This document shows, piece after piece, positions 11,061 through 24,356 of a stretch of DNA of 64,000 bases (positions are counted from its first letter, which is position 1; every line of letters starts with the position of its first letter). The translations under genes and the position numbers were made by a program. A model generated the notes under the pieces. It made no database searches. It saw only the letters and a program-made list of their open reading frames with translations, and was not told where the DNA came from. The stretch is taken from positions 80,602,001 through 80,666,000 of the forward strand of contig CM059432.1 of NCBI GenBank assembly GCA_030390025.1, given 5' to 3'. Origin of the DNA: Squalus acanthias (Eukaryota).

Positions 11061-14000
11061 AACTGTAAGTTACAGTTAAGTAAATTTCCTCTGGTTATTA
11101 TAAAACAACATAATACCCATCTTATCAATGCTTCTTACAGTGAAGCTACATGGTGATGCCCTGAACACATGACCAGTGTTGCCCTTTTTTTCCATTGAAG
11201 ATTCCCATTCAGCAATGGATGTCTCATCAATGCCCTAGCATAACACTGATAGCATGTCACCCCAGTGACCATCCTTGTCCCCTTGAACTTGAGTATGGAA
11301 TACCTCTAACTTATTTTGCGCAGGGTACTGATCCACGTGTTTTATAAAAGCCTGACCAACTTTATCACTAATGTGCAGCCAAATATACTTTAAAGCAACC
11401 ACAGAGCATTCTGGTGTTAAACCACTTATATTTCTCAGGTAAAGTCAGCAGTCAGTTAGTACTGAGAAGAATACTAAAGAGCACTTTCAAATATGCTGGT
11501 GTTTGAATGAAATTAAATCTAAAATCTCTGGGGATGAAAGCCAAATAGTAATCAGAACCTGAAGTTATCAAAATGGGCCATTTGGGATTCATTTAAAAGT
11601 AACTACATGTTGCACAACTTGGATTAATTTCTAATTCACAGTGTGGTTCCTCTTTGACAATCAGGAATGCAGGTGTAGAAATAAAGATGTCACCAACTGT
11701 TTCTCCATCATTCCTGCTGTTAACGGAGCAGCTCTGTCAACTCACAGACACGAAGGTAGTTTATTTAAAATTTTAGTCATCTGATAGGCTAGTGTCCTCT
11801 CTATGGCGCTGTTGTGAGGGGTGAGTCTCCCCTTGCCATAAAATGGGAAATTTGAGATCCTTAGCAGTCTGGTGACAATAAGGGAAATAATGAACTAAAA
11901 GGTGTCAGGACACTGGTATTGTTAGAACACGAATGGCATAGTAACAAACACCCAGTGAAGATCCATTTTGATTTGCTATTGCCCAAATATCTGTCACAAA
12001 AGCAGCATCCTGCCTTAAGTTTCTGGATCAGTTCAAAAATGTTCCTGAGCTTTCCTGGGGTCGATAATGCAATCCCGGCGTTGCATTTACCGGCACTCTG
12101 CAATGCTCACCTCATGCTATGATGCAAGATCCACTGATTTAAATTTTTTTGTGGTGCTAACATTGTGCACTGGGAGCCGGGGAGGTGGGGCTGGGTGGTG
12201 GGTGGGGTTGGGGGGGTCGGGGGTGGGCGGATGGTTGACTGCCAGCAGCTGCTGATTGCACTTAAAGCGGAAGCAATATTTGGGGGTCAAAATGGCTTGA
12301 GGCATAATGGCCCCGCTGATGCATTAACTTGTGAAAAGCTGATTAAGCACATAAAAATTAATGTTGGAGCATTTTAATGAGATAGCTCTTCTGAAAGTCT
12401 GTATGAGTAATATCTGTCTGACTAGAAAGGAATGCCCATCAGGAACATTTTCTTGTTAAATGTATCATTTTGGAGAGACCTTTCCAGTTCACAAAGGCCA
12501 TAAAAATTAGAAATATTTGTGTAGTTGCAGTTAACTAATAAACTTATCAGAACATTAAAGTGGAAATTATATTCTTAAATTTGAGCCGCATAATATCATA
12601 GATTTTAGCTGAAATATATGACTGATTTATGCAAAAAGCCTGTTGAGTAGTATCGACTGACATAGGCTGAGAAAAAAAGGACATTTGTGAAATTAGATGA
12701 CCTTCAAAAAAAAATGTATTCTGGAAACCATTACGAATTTAGTAGAAAACGGATGTCCTAGGAATGGCTTTGAAAATCTGCAGATCACTGCAACGTGTAG
12801 TTTTTCTGATTGGCTGTGAGCCCAATGGGCATGGGACGATGCCGGAATTACACCTGCTCAACATGTCGTATTTTATTACTCTGGATGAGCTCCAGATTTG
12901 GAAAGGATCTGTGATTGGGAGTTCAACTATTGGTGGATGGGAAAGCGTGTACTTCTGGATTTAAAGTCCTGCAGGAGTTTAAAGGGACGAGCATTGTGAC
13001 TTGTTAAATTTGGAAGACAATAAGCTTGTAACCACTAAAACACATCTGGAAGGAGTGAGGGAAGGCAGAACACCCCATTTCTCTAATGGGATGAGGCCTG
13101 GAAATGTTGCCAGAGTAAGCAAGGCAGAGGTTGGGGGCCTTCTTTGACAATGAATACTGTAGGCCTCCAATAAAAACAGCTCAAGGTAACTGAAGCACAT
13201 GACCACCAGTGTAAATGTCACCTCCACCGCACAGCACACCTCAAAGTAGTGCTGAGAGAATTTTAATAACCTTACCAGGTTAGCCAAGGTAGGAGAATCC
13301 ACCCTGGCCTTCCATGAATGTAGTGTGCTAAGCATGCTTTTTTCGCACCCCCCATTGTTGTTAACTACTTTCAAACTTAGCATGAATGTCTCTGACACAG
13401 AAAGGTGAACTTACCTACAGCTGTTCCTTCACTCACAATATTACAAACATTTCCCCCAAGGAAATTCTGCTATTTAATGTGGCTGAATATTGCATCCGCT
13501 ATAGGCTCCATACTTACAGTTGGGCCCCGGTTTTAACTCCAGGCTGGTTTTGGGCAGGTGGGTGATGGAGTCAGTTAGAAACAGGCCAAGGTATTTTAAC
13601 TCCTGGGTCTCATTATCATGCCGCTGTTCCAGGTGGGAAGTGGGCAAGAAACGACTGCTAGTCTCTGAAAAATTGGCTGACCCTTGGCTAATCCTATTTT
13701 GATAGTGGTTTCCCATTTTCGTGCTTCTGGCTCCTGTTTCCCGTCTTGTCAGAAACAGGCCAGCTGCAAGGAGACGAGTTGCTGGAGGACATGATTTGTA
13801 GTAATTGGTGGAGCACTTTAAAAGCGCTCCTGTAACATGGCTGCCATTCAAATGCAAAAACTTTGCTGTTGGAGGTTTGGGATAAAACTTTGCACATCTA
13901 CTGACCTTGTGACTGTTCAAGCTGACACCCATCTGCAGTGTGACCTGAATGGAATAATTGCAGACCACTTCGACTGTGCGCTTGCAAGCTTCTTGCCTCA

Positions 14001-14476
14001 AATGAAATCTATAGCAACGGGCTGGGAACCATTTATGTCCTCTCATCCTGGTCCTCATAATCGGAGGAGCAGCAGCCGCGTGGCTCAGCGCAGATCTTCC
14101 TTGGAAGAGGAGGAGGAGGACGAGGAAGAAGAAGAGGAGGAGGAGGCGCGCCTTGCATGCCCTGTTGTGACCAATGCAGCATCCCTCCAGTTCACTGCTG
14201 CCCGTCAAGCAGGGTATGCACACTGCCATGCCACATTCGCATAAGCTTACTTTTCAACCATAGGTGGCTACCATATAGCTCTCTAATTGTAGGCGACATT
14301 CCTCCAACATCATACATCATCTCTGCTATAACCGGTTCTTTCCTATCACTTTCACCATCAGCATTACAAATGCAAGTCGCCCTGAGCCCTCAATGCGCAT
14401 TTGCCATTTCCCAGAACACATAGGCCACACATTCAACTGTTTGCCATCATTTTTCTTTACTACAGTGACAAAAGGA

Positions 14477-15528
14477 TCACAAAGCAAGTACAGGCAGAAA
14501 GATAATGACAATACACCCACGTGAGTCCCCTTGTGACGATATGTGCTTAATCTTTCTCTTACGTGTGCTTCTACGTGGTGCTACCCCTGTGGCTTCAGCA
14601 GATGTAGAGGCACCTTGCTGGCTACGATGCTGCGCCTGCTTAGACGCCTTTGGCAGGCATCCTTTGGGGTTGGGAGCCTGGGAGGGCTCTTCAACAGTCT
14701 GCTCTTCCTGCGGCTGTGCAGGAGCTGAAACGGCCATCTCAGTTGGCTCTGCAAAGTGGGTCTCTGACCGAGGGCTCCGCAGTGGCATGGTCGTGTGAGT
14801 GCTTGGAGAGGAGCCCACACTTCCTTGTAGCCTGCCACCAACATCCCTCTCATGGGTCAGCCGCACCTCAGTGCTGGCAAGTGGCTGGAGAGCTCCTTGC
14901 TGTACATCAAGGACGTCCATGAAGCTTTGGTCTCTCTGCTCAATAGCTGCCCATCTCTCTTCCAGAGATGACAATCTATTTTGAACACTCACCATGTTTT
15001 CGTGACTCTGGTAACTTATTTCCTCCATGGCAGTAGCCAGCCTATCCATGGAGGTTGCCATCCTATCCATGGAGGTGCGGTCATGCGCCATTGCCTCCAC
15101 CACAGCAGCGCTGATGTTACAGATGGACTCCTTCATTCTCTCCACACTCGCACTTACCCTGGAGGCAAACCCTTCCAGAGACTCCTGCACTTGTTCCTGT
15201 ATTTCCCGAACTGCTCTTTTTCTGGATGGCCCCAGAGGCACAGCGTCTACATGCAGCTCAGCAGAGCTAGGAAATTGCTGTGACCTCCGCCGAGGACTCT
15301 CCACTGCTGTCGCTGTCTCCACCATCTGCTGATGCTCACTTGTGAGCTGTGATAGACCAGGTGGCAACACTACTCTGACTCGCGAGGGCCCCACCGAGGT
15401 GTGCGTTGCTGCGCTGGTGCTGGGTGCGCTGAGTCCTGGTGATGCTGCTCCCTCAGAGGCTTCAGGTTCCTCTGAGGAGTCGTCTGGCTCTTCATCCTGG
15501 ATCGTGGGGAGGGGGGCGCTCGATGGTC
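14477..15528 (-). CDS. Harbinger-derived Myb/SANT-like gene, exon 3 (low-complexity, coiled-coil-like region, basic NLS-like PRRSTRKRKIK)
   Basis: A branch-like ctaac precedes the acceptor cctttactctcccacag|GA. The exon is in frame with exon 2 and open to the stop at 14477. Confidence 0.72.
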
Positions 15529-15684
15529 CTGTGGGAGAGTAAAGGCATGAGTTAGACATCTGATATTGATGTAGCAGACACATCCTTTTGTGCAGATGAT
15601 ACAAAGTGATTCTCTATGAACATCATATGCCATTGCAGTCAATCACTAAATGTCAATGAGAGGGATGAAACTTTATTCTGTCAC

Positions 15685-15844
15685 CAGCTTTGTCTAGTGT
15701 GCCCGTCTCTCCATCGCCCACTTCCAGGTCCTCGCCATCTCCAACAATCTCGTTTGCTGCCTCCTCAGCACTTGTCAATGTTGCTAGGGTAGGTGTTCCT
15801 CCTCCAGTCAGTGCTCTCTCCCTCTTATTGTGGGCTATCTTTTC
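15685..15844 (-). CDS. Harbinger-derived Myb/SANT-like gene, exon 2
   Basis: Acceptor gtgtccctccttgcag|GAA. Encodes EKIAHNKRERALTGGGTPTLATLTSAEEAANEIVG, with the characteristic TGGG..LT..EE motif. Donor G|gtgac, phase 1. Confidence 0.75.
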
Positions 15845-16177
15845 CTGCAAGGAGGGACACAAGCGGAGTTTCAACCACAGTGGTGGAGTGAGGGTCAATA
15901 ATCCCTACCATAGGAGACGAAGAAGGAGTGAGGTGCCAAGAGGAAGCTAGGTCCCTGTGCGTTGTTAGTTGTTGTCACTGCATGACAATGAGAGCGAGTC
16001 TAAGGGGTGCATAGGCAGGATGCTGAAGTGATTCAGTACAGAGACAGAGATGGATAGGTAAGGGTGCAAGGGAAGTAAGGGTAAGGTGGGATGTGGAGGA
16101 GCAGGCTTACAACGCAGAGTGCTGGTGATGAGAAGAGAAGGGAAGCAGATTGAAGGTAAGTCTGATGGGATACTCAC

Positions 16178-16414
16178 TTTTGATGATCGCACAAGATCAT
16201 TAAACCGTTTCCTGTACTGGATCCATGTACCTGAACACACGGACCTTGCGCTGACCTCAGCAATGTGCAGCCAGGCTGCCTTGGTCTGCTGTGGAGGCTT
16301 CCTCCGGCCATCCAGAGGGAAGAGAACCTTCCTGCACCCTCTTACAGCATCAACAAGAGCATGGAGGGACTCATCATTGAAGCATGGAGCTGCCTTGCCT
16401 CTGGAAGAACTCAT
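16178..16414 (-). CDS. Harbinger-derived Myb/SANT-like gene, exon 1 (DNA-binding domain; NAIF1/MSANTD-like family)
   Basis: ATG at 16414. Encodes MSSSRGKAAPCFNDESLHALVDAVRGCRKVLFP...AWLHIAEVSARSVCSGTWIQYRKRFNDLVRSSK. Donor AAA|gtgagt, phase 0. Confidence 0.8.
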
Positions 16415-16907
16415 TGTAGTTGTCACAAATTCACACACCATCAGAATCCAGAAAACAAAGGCTAAGGCTGAATGGGACCATCAAAAGCAGCTGCTATTAG
16501 GACGTCATCAGAGGTGGCTAGCCGACCCGATCGCACTCATTGGACCAGCCAGCGCTCCCCAATGAACTCGACAAAGTGATTTAATTAAAATCGGAAATCC
16601 ACAGCTGTTCCCTCCGGAACCCGCCCACCACGCAACCCGACTCCAAGCCACCTCGGTAAATAAAATCGCGGCCAAAGGGTCCAATGGCCTGTTTCTTTGC
16701 TTTAACATTCTGTGATTCAATGGTCCCTGCCAAAGTTAGCAGGGTCAGGGGGAGGTCCCTTTATTTAAATAATGGCAGTGGGCAGGCGCCCTTTTGCCAG
16801 AAGAGGCCATAAATTATTGCCTGGGTTGCTGGGTCTGGGGATGGGGTGCAAGGGTCCCCAACCTGCAAAGGTAACTAATGTGCCCATTGGCCTCCTTTAA
16901 GAACTTG

Positions 16908-17115
16908 AGCATAAGAAATAGGAGCAGGAACAGGCCATACAACCCCTCGAGCCTGCTCCGCCATTCAATGAGATCATGGCTGATCTTCTACCTCAACTCC
17001 ACTTTCCCGTCATATCCCTTGATTCCCCTAGTGTCCAAAAATCTATTGATCTCAGTCTTGAATATACTCAACGACTGAGTATCCACAGCCCTCTGGTAGA
17101 GAATTCCAAAGATTC
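16908..17115 (-). mobile_element. CR1 LINE 3' fragment
   Basis: cataagaaataggagcagg...cccctcgagcctgctccgccattcaatgagatcatggctgatct is the reverse complement of the CR1 tail at about 45265-45340. Confidence 0.8.
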
Positions 17116-17929
17116 GAATCCCTATAAGGAGGTTGAGAAAATTGATAATGCTTTTCTGATCTTGTGGCTGGGGGCGGGGGGATGGTTGGGTGGTGGGTGG
17201 TAGTGGTGGCGTCCAAGTGACAACTCACGTGGGCCCTACGTTCTCTGATTGGTTGGCTGGCATGCCTGCTCTCAGTGAGTGTACTGGCCCACCGATGCTT
17301 TGCCAAGCCGGGAGCACAGAAACCCCCACACAAGCCTGGGAGAGCCTATCGGCAGTCACATCCCATCTTATTCTGATGTCCTTGTTCCCAACAAGGCCCA
17401 CTGGAAATTGCTAGGGAATTGTCCAGGTCTTGGCCTGATTTGTGACCCTTTTACTGCACCGGACAGATGGCTGGAGTGCAGCTGAAGGGATACGGAGTTT
17501 CAGCCTCTATCTGGTTTAGAAACTTAAATGAAAATCTGTTACCACCTTTGGTGAATTTTGAGTTTGGTTTAGTTCTTGAAATGGCCCAGAACCTGGCTGC
17601 CAATTGCTTGGGAATCACTTGTGTGTGGCAAACTCTCTCTGACCTTTTGGGTTGTTGCTGAAGCTTCTCTTTATTTCACTTAAAAGTTTTCAAATTTATT
17701 ATACAGGCTGATGTAACAACATCAATACACATAACAATTTTGCAACTTAAAAAACTGCAAATGCTGGAAATCTGAAATGCTTGAAATGCTTACTGCTTTG
17801 CTGTGCAATTCCAGAATTTTCTATATCATACCTTTGTTTTCAAGTTGGCTTATTGTTTGGCAGCCTCAGTGGTGGTGTAATGGAGGCTGTGGGGTGACTG
17901 CTAGCAGGTTAGTGGGAATGAAGCTCTTC

Positions 17930-18103
17930 TCCGTCTCTTCTTTAAGACCCTTCTTAAAACCCACCTCTTTGACTAAGCTTTTGGTCACCCATTCTAATAT
18001 CTCCTTCTCTGGCTCAGCCTCTGTGTTTGTCTCATTATGTCTCTGTGAAAAACTGTGGTACTATTTCTACGTTAAAGGCACCACATAAATGCAAGTTGTC
18101 GTT
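17930..18103 (+). mobile_element. Degenerate L2 3' end
   Basis: ctttaagacccttcttaaaacccacctctttgactaagcttttggtcacc...ctacgttaaaggc...aaatgcaagttgtcgttg is the reverse-complement homologue of 10095-10280. Confidence 0.7.
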
Positions 18104-20440
18104 GAAGCTTCTTCAGTATGTGGGACTGACGTATTCCGATCCCCTATCCCCCCTCCCCAATGAAATGGAGCACTCTGCTGCAGCACAGGAAGTGGGCCAG
18201 TTGCAACCTAGGAAATTCCTTGTGATGTAAGAGAGTGAAGCCTGAAAAGTTCTTGCTGACATTACATTGAGTGCCTGCGTTAATTGTGTGTTGGACATCA
18301 GTAATATCGGGAGTGCAGAAAAGTGTCCAGTGAATGCAGAGTTTTCACACTGCCGAGTTGCTATTTGGAGTAATTACTGTCAGCACAAGAGGCATTTACA
18401 CCTAAAGTGCATCATATTTCAAAACTCACACTTGTCATGGGCGATGCAGTCCGAACGCTCTTGTGAGACTGCAGACTGATAGATGACCTGCTACATAATT
18501 GAGCGATGGCCTGTCGTAATTTGTCCATATTAAGTGTTGGATCTGGTGCTCCACTAGTACTGCAATTGGCTAAGGAGGATCAGCAGGAGCAGGAAAGGAC
18601 AGTCTGTTATGTAAAGTGACACTTAAAGCACACCGTCAGGTACCTACAGCAAATTGCACATTTGAATGCCCATAGAGGTTGGAGTTTTGAATCACAGTGC
18701 TTTGCACTGAGAGTTGAGTACTGTACCACAGAAATTACCAAGCCCTAGAGAAAGCCAAATAGTTTGAAATCAGTTGAAATATTGACACTAAATGCTTATT
18801 ATTCAAAGCTGGTGTTCAAAACAATGTCACTAGGACCAAAAAGTATATTGGACAATCCAGGTGCATGAGCTGACTAGTCTGTATTATATTTTACCTCTTT
18901 TTCCCCTGTGGTCATTTGTATGCACAAGTTTAATTGTTTGAAAGAATGTCAGGAAACAGGCTAGCCAGAGGGCCTGCTTGTAAGATGTGTACAGGAAGGG
19001 CAAGAATGACAAAGTCTAGACCCTGCAGGTGTGGGCTGTTGATGCTTTGACATAAAAAAGAGCATTTTTCTCAGTTAATTTATGTCTTATTCAGATGGAC
19101 TAAAATTCTAATTAGCTCAATACTTCTTATATTATGTATAATTTTTAAAGTTCTCTATTTTTAGACTATTTATTCTGTCAGAATAGACACCGATTTTAGA
19201 AATGAGACTAAATATTTGAATAATTCTGCAGTCCCACACTCCTAGTAGTGAGCTGCGGTCGCAGGGAGAATTGGGGCTAAAATGTTGTAGTTTTATTTCT
19301 GACCTATATTCCTTTCGAGCTCAACTTCCCTGCTCACTTTGTGCATATTCTCTTCTGTAACTGTGGGATTAATGAATCTACCGTTAAATTCCAAACCACT
19401 GCAAAGTAGCAAGTAAGAGGAATGTGGTTATTGCTAATGGTGTCTTCTCATTCTACATGGACATGTAGGTAAATGTGCAGTTTAATATATTATATACTAT
19501 CATATCCTCAAAACCTCCCACAATATCCAGGAGGTTATAGAAAATTACGACGGTTTTCCCACCTCACATGACAATCTCCCAGCCAGCCAAAATGCATTCA
19601 ATGTTTTATTTTTGTACCCCAGTCCTTTTTTCCTTTGGGACATCTGAAGGGCCACGAATATTCAGAGCCAGGAACTTAACACACTGATACTGTCTTTTAA
19701 AAGTTTGAAGGTACGTACTATTGTAAGTGGGGTCCTTCGACATATTCCAGACCAACACTGGCTGCTCTATTTAATTTTGAGTGTGTTCCCAAATTAAATG
19801 TATAACATTGGAAATGCTAAAATATTATTCTATGAAGTTCTATGGAAATCTGTCTGGTTAATTTCATAATTTCACCCTATATACCCTCATTCTCGTTTAT
19901 GTTATAACTAATTTGTTGAACGCTCATCTCAATAGGTCTGTTTGGTGTTACTGGTGGCTGCTACTGTATGGTTACTGTAAATGTCAGACTCTGAGCTTCT
20001 GAAACTTTAGTGAACCATCCTATTATTGTAACTATAAAGCAGCATTTTCTACATCATTGGATTTTGTATTACGGTATGCTTAATATGCTATGCTTTAATG
20101 GATACTTTGCAAAATTCAGTTATAACAAGTAGTTGTAGATTCTGCTCCTTCCCTTCCTGAATGATGTATTTATTAAATGGTGATAAGAGAGAGTTTGGCG
20201 AGTACTGGTGTCACACTAATAGCTCATTATCAGTCTGTAGCAGTTTGAAACTGGGATGTACTGGGTGCATGGAGCAGAACAGACAGGAAATACAATCCTC
20301 CACAGGAATGTAAACAGGCTTCACCACACTAGTCGGGTTCAATGCAGTTTTGAAACTAGCACGTCTAGTTTAATCAGGGATGCCAGTCTCTACTTATTTC
20401 TTCACTGCATAGCAAGATCTCATAACAATTTCATCGCTTC

Positions 20441-20885
20441 ACGGTGGCATAGTGGTTAGCACTGGTACCCCACAGCGCCAGGGACCCGGGTTCGAATCCG
20501 GCCTCGGGTGACTGTCTGTGTGGAGTTTGCACATTCTCCCCGTGTCTGCGTGGGTTTCCTCCGGGTGCTCCGGTTTCCTCCCACAGTCCAAAAATGTGCG
20601 GGTTAGGTTGATTTGGCTATGATAAATTGACCCTTAGTGTTAGGGGGGGATTAAATATGTGGGGTTACGGGGATAGGATGGGATATGTTAGGGGGAATTA
20701 AATACGTGGGGTTACGGGGATAGGGTGGGATATGTGTCGGTGCAGGCTCGATGGGGTTTCTGTGTGGGAAAGCAGGGATAGGGTACTGGATTTGGATGAT
20801 CAGCCATGATCGTATTGAATGGTGGAGCAGGCTCGACGGGCCGAATGGCCTACTCCTGCTCCTAGTTTCTATGTTTCTATGCTTC
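20441..20885 (+). mobile_element. V-SINE (shark HE1-type) with an internal ~46-bp tandem duplication and a CR1-derived tail
   Basis: tRNA head (tggcatagtggttag; ggttcgaatcc), V-domain tgtggagtttgcacattctccccgtgtctgcgtgggtttcctccgggtgctccggtttcctcccacagtccaaa, and a CR1 3' end with (tttctatg)n. Confidence 0.85.
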
Positions 20886-21267
20886 CATACTTCTATTGGC
20901 TTTTTTGGGCACACAGGAATTTTTTTTTTAAAACCATGAAAAGAAGACAGGGACAAAATGCACTGTCTGCAGATGTCTAAACCCAGCACAAGCTAGAAGT
21001 ACCATCTATTTTACTGATATATTGTGCACAATGAAGATGTCTGATTTTGGACTGAACAGTCTGGTCTCCCAGTCATATTGACAGAAATAGACTGGTTTTC
21101 CAATGTTGGATTTAAAAAAATTATATACATGATGGGTTCAAGTGCACGTGCGAGTGTGAAATGAGCACTTTTCATGTTTCCACATGTGTGAACAAATCAT
21201 TTTCATGTGCACGATTGTTTATATTCCATTCCTGACCAACTTTAGACTGAGCAACATGTAGCCACCC

Positions 21268-21690
21268 TCATATAAAGAGTTTTGATCGAGTAGATAGGGA
21301 GAAACTGTTTCCAGTGGCAGGAGGGTCGATAACCAGAGGACACAGATTTAATATAATTGTCAAAAGAACCATAGAATCATAGAATGATACACCAATGAAG
21401 GAAGACATTTGGCCCATTGTGCCTGTGCCGGGGAGTGGGGTGCGATTGAGGAGAATTTTCTTTATGCAGCGAGTTGTTATGTTCTGAAATGCATTGCCTG
21501 AAAGGGTGATGGAAGCAGATTCAATGCTAACTTTCAAAAGGGAATTGAATAAATATTTGAAAATAAGTATTTACTGGGCTATGGGGAAAGAGCAGGGTAG
21601 TGGGACTAATTGGATAGCTGTTTCAAAGAGCCGTCACAGGCACGATGACCCGAATGGCCTCTTTCTGTGCTGTAAGATTCTATGATTCAA
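21268..21690 (+). mobile_element. CR1 3' fragment interrupted by a short inverted CR1 tail (about 21368-21432)
   Basis: Encodes DRVDREKLFPVAGGSITRGHRF...FFMQRVVMF*NALPERVMEADS and ends in a (tctatgat)n tail. Confidence 0.8.
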
Positions 21691-22399
21691 TGATTATGTA
21701 CGTGTTGGGTAGGAATGGTGGAATGATGTAAGTTATGTGGCTCTTATTGGAATGTGTATACATTTTAAACTAGCTTTTCTGATTTTCACCATCTGTTATC
21801 CATGCCAGTGAGTCTTGTAACCTAAGGTCATCTGAGTTCAGCTGTGGACTGTGTAAATAAACCTCATGCTACTCCAGAGTGTAGTACACATTCACAAAAT
21901 GTTGTAGGAACACAAAATGAATAATTTAACAAAAACTAACACTGCAGCAATAAAGTAAAATTGACCCTTAAATTTTGAAAAACATAAATTTCAAAATAGA
22001 AAAAGAAATACAAATAAAATATAAAACACAAAAATGTACTTACAAGGAGGGTGTTGGCCCCCTCAGTTCATAGACCCTGTGAGATAGGCCAGTGGACACT
22101 TGCTGTGCTGTAGGCAAGTTGTGGTTCAGTCAATGTTCAAACTGCCACAAACAGCTCTTGCTGCTCATGAATGTAAAAGTTGCTCAGAACCTTTATTTAT
22201 TCTCAGTCAGTACTTACACGAATATCCAATTGTCTTTGCTTGTGCTGGTTCATAAAAGGAAAATTCGGGTTTGTATTCTATGCCACACCATGAATAAATC
22301 ACAATTCCGAATTCCTCCCCAACCATCTGACCCTGCATTCAGGAAATCTCCCCCAAGCAGTTTAGCAACTCTTCGCAGCAAGTTTCAAACAGACACTTT

Positions 22400-24115
22400 G
22401 GCCGGGATTTTGCTCACCTCAGCCAGTCCAGTGCGGGTGATGTCGGTGGCGGATCCCGACCCCGCTGCTGTCTCCAACCCGCTGCCTAAAATAAATAACG
22501 TTGATAGGGCTTGTTAAGCTTGCCCAGCACGTTTCCCGGTGACATCATTCATGACGCGTCATCATCCGGTTTCCTTAAAGGGACCATGGCCACGTTTGGG
22601 CTGTCCATGTGCTACAGCATTGAAGTGCTGCAAACACTGACAATCACTGCACAGAGGTGCAGGGCTGCACCCAGGTTCTCCTATGACTCCCTTCATATGC
22701 TTATATGCTTATGGAGGGAGTCACAGCACACAGGGAGGTTCTCTTCCCTTCCCATGGGCAGAAAAGACCTCTGCAGGAGACCAACACAGTCTGGTTGCAC
22801 ATTGCAGAGGAGGTCACAAGCAGGGATGTGGTCAGGAGGATCTGGGTGCAGTGCCGCAAACCTTTCAATGATCTCATTAGATCATGAAACGTTACTGCAA
22901 AGCCACACTCACCTTTATCCTCCTGTGCTTCTCATCACATCCTCATCACTCTGCCTTCCCTACCCCACTCCTGTACATCCTTGCTCACACCAACTTATCT
23001 TGCACCTCCACCCATCCCTCTCTCTCTATCTACATTATCACATCCCCATCTCACTAGCCACCCCTCACACTCACCCTCATCCTAGTGCAATCATACCAAC
23101 TAACAACACACAAGGGTAGGCACTTGGGTGTTTTAGCTAATGTTCATGTAAAGTTTCTGTTAATGTGCTGTCAAACATTGAAACCTTTATTTTCAACACT
23201 TTCCGTTCTTGGACAGATTTGTGTACACCTTTGGAAGTGGCTTAATGGTGAGAAATAACGGTACCCCCCGCAATGGTGGTGAGTGTGAAAGGAATGGCTT
23301 GGACATTGTAGGGATGCTTTATGGTGTTGGTGTGGGGTGGTGCCAACCTGGTGCATCATGTGGCAGCCAGGGTGTACAGCGTCAAGTGAAGTAAGTCTAG
23401 CCGTGGTGAGGCCATCCCTGGCCTCCCCGGCAGCAGTGTGCTGGGGTGCTGATGCCCTCTGTCCTGTGCAGCATCAGGTGATTGCGGAGAAGGTTGGTGT
23501 TGTTGTTGGTGCTGCCGGTGTTGGGGCTGATCGTGTTCGGATTCTGAGGACCAAGGTGAGACAGTATAAAGGGCACCCATGTTGATGGAATAGGTGGCAG
23601 GTGAAGTAGAGATGACAGAAGCATTCTGTCAATGGTGAGAGAGATCTTCCGATGAGGTTAGAGTGGATGGAGAGTGGAAAATGGAAAGCCTGCAGAATCT
23701 GTGCTGGAAATGAACTGAGAAACAGCTTGTGGCTGAGTAAAGTGAAGATCTGTCAGGTGAGAGCTTTTACTGTACATTTGAAGCTGTCAAGTAATCAGCT
23801 GGAGCAATGGCTACTGAACTCCCACCTCAGCTTGACAAACATGATCCTCAAACAACGTGGTTCCCGTGGCCATGAAGTTAAAGTTGAAAAGCAAGTTAAA
23901 AAAGCCTGTCAAGGATTTGTTAAGTACATTATAATGAGTTTAATTGGCTCGCCCGCTGCTGCCTGTCGGGTCTGCTCAGCGCTGACAGATCCGACATTGG
24001 GAAAGGCACGTTGCGGCGGGTTGACAGAGGGTTCGCGACCCGCTGTCAAAAAACCCCACTTTCCCACCTGACCCGCCATCAATCCCGCCCACTGACACCC
24101 CAGAAAATGACAGCC
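22400..24115. mobile_element. Internally deleted Harbinger: Myb/SANT remnant (+, about 22640-22885) convergent with a probable transposase N-terminal remnant (-, about 23380-23580)
   Basis: Imperfect TIRs GGCCGGGATTTT and AAAATGACAGCC. Encodes RAAPRFSYDSLH/MLMEGVTAHREVLFP...WLHIAEEVTSRDVVRRIWVQCRKPFNDLIRS. Confidence 0.75.
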
Positions 24116-24356
24116 TCTGAAACTTGATTTTACCACGTATATTACAAAAATAAATTGATACCAGAAAATAGACATTGGCAGAGTGTTTTGTGCTATCAGG
24201 GAGTGTTTGGATCCTGGAGTTTCCCTTAAATACTGGATATAGTATAGGTATATAGCAGCTACAGTATTCTGAAAAAAACACTACCGACAACGTTAACATT
24301 TTACAAAGTGTTCTGGTTACATCCACCGGTAAATGTAACTACAGACACATGACATA

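Larger units (their letters stand above)
13523..16673. mobile_element. PIF/Harbinger element with internally deleted transposase (+) and convergent spliced Myb/SANT gene (-)
   Basis: Imperfect TIRs GGCCCCGGTTTTA and TAAAATCGCGGCC (left boundary uncertain). The transposase remnant is an acidic tail plus AARQA..F* at about 14090-14244. The Myb gene spans 14477-16414. The convergent two-gene layout is known from animal Harbinger elements. Confidence 0.65.

Noticed and set aside
13474..14244. 251-aa (-) and 135-aa (+) ORFs
   Set aside because: They have no coherent domain. The + frame is only the acidic remnant of a deleted transposase and the - frame is its antisense shadow.
20441..20510. tRNA-like sequence with A and B boxes
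   Set aside because: It is the head of a V-SINE and runs straight into the V-domain, so it is not a tRNA gene.
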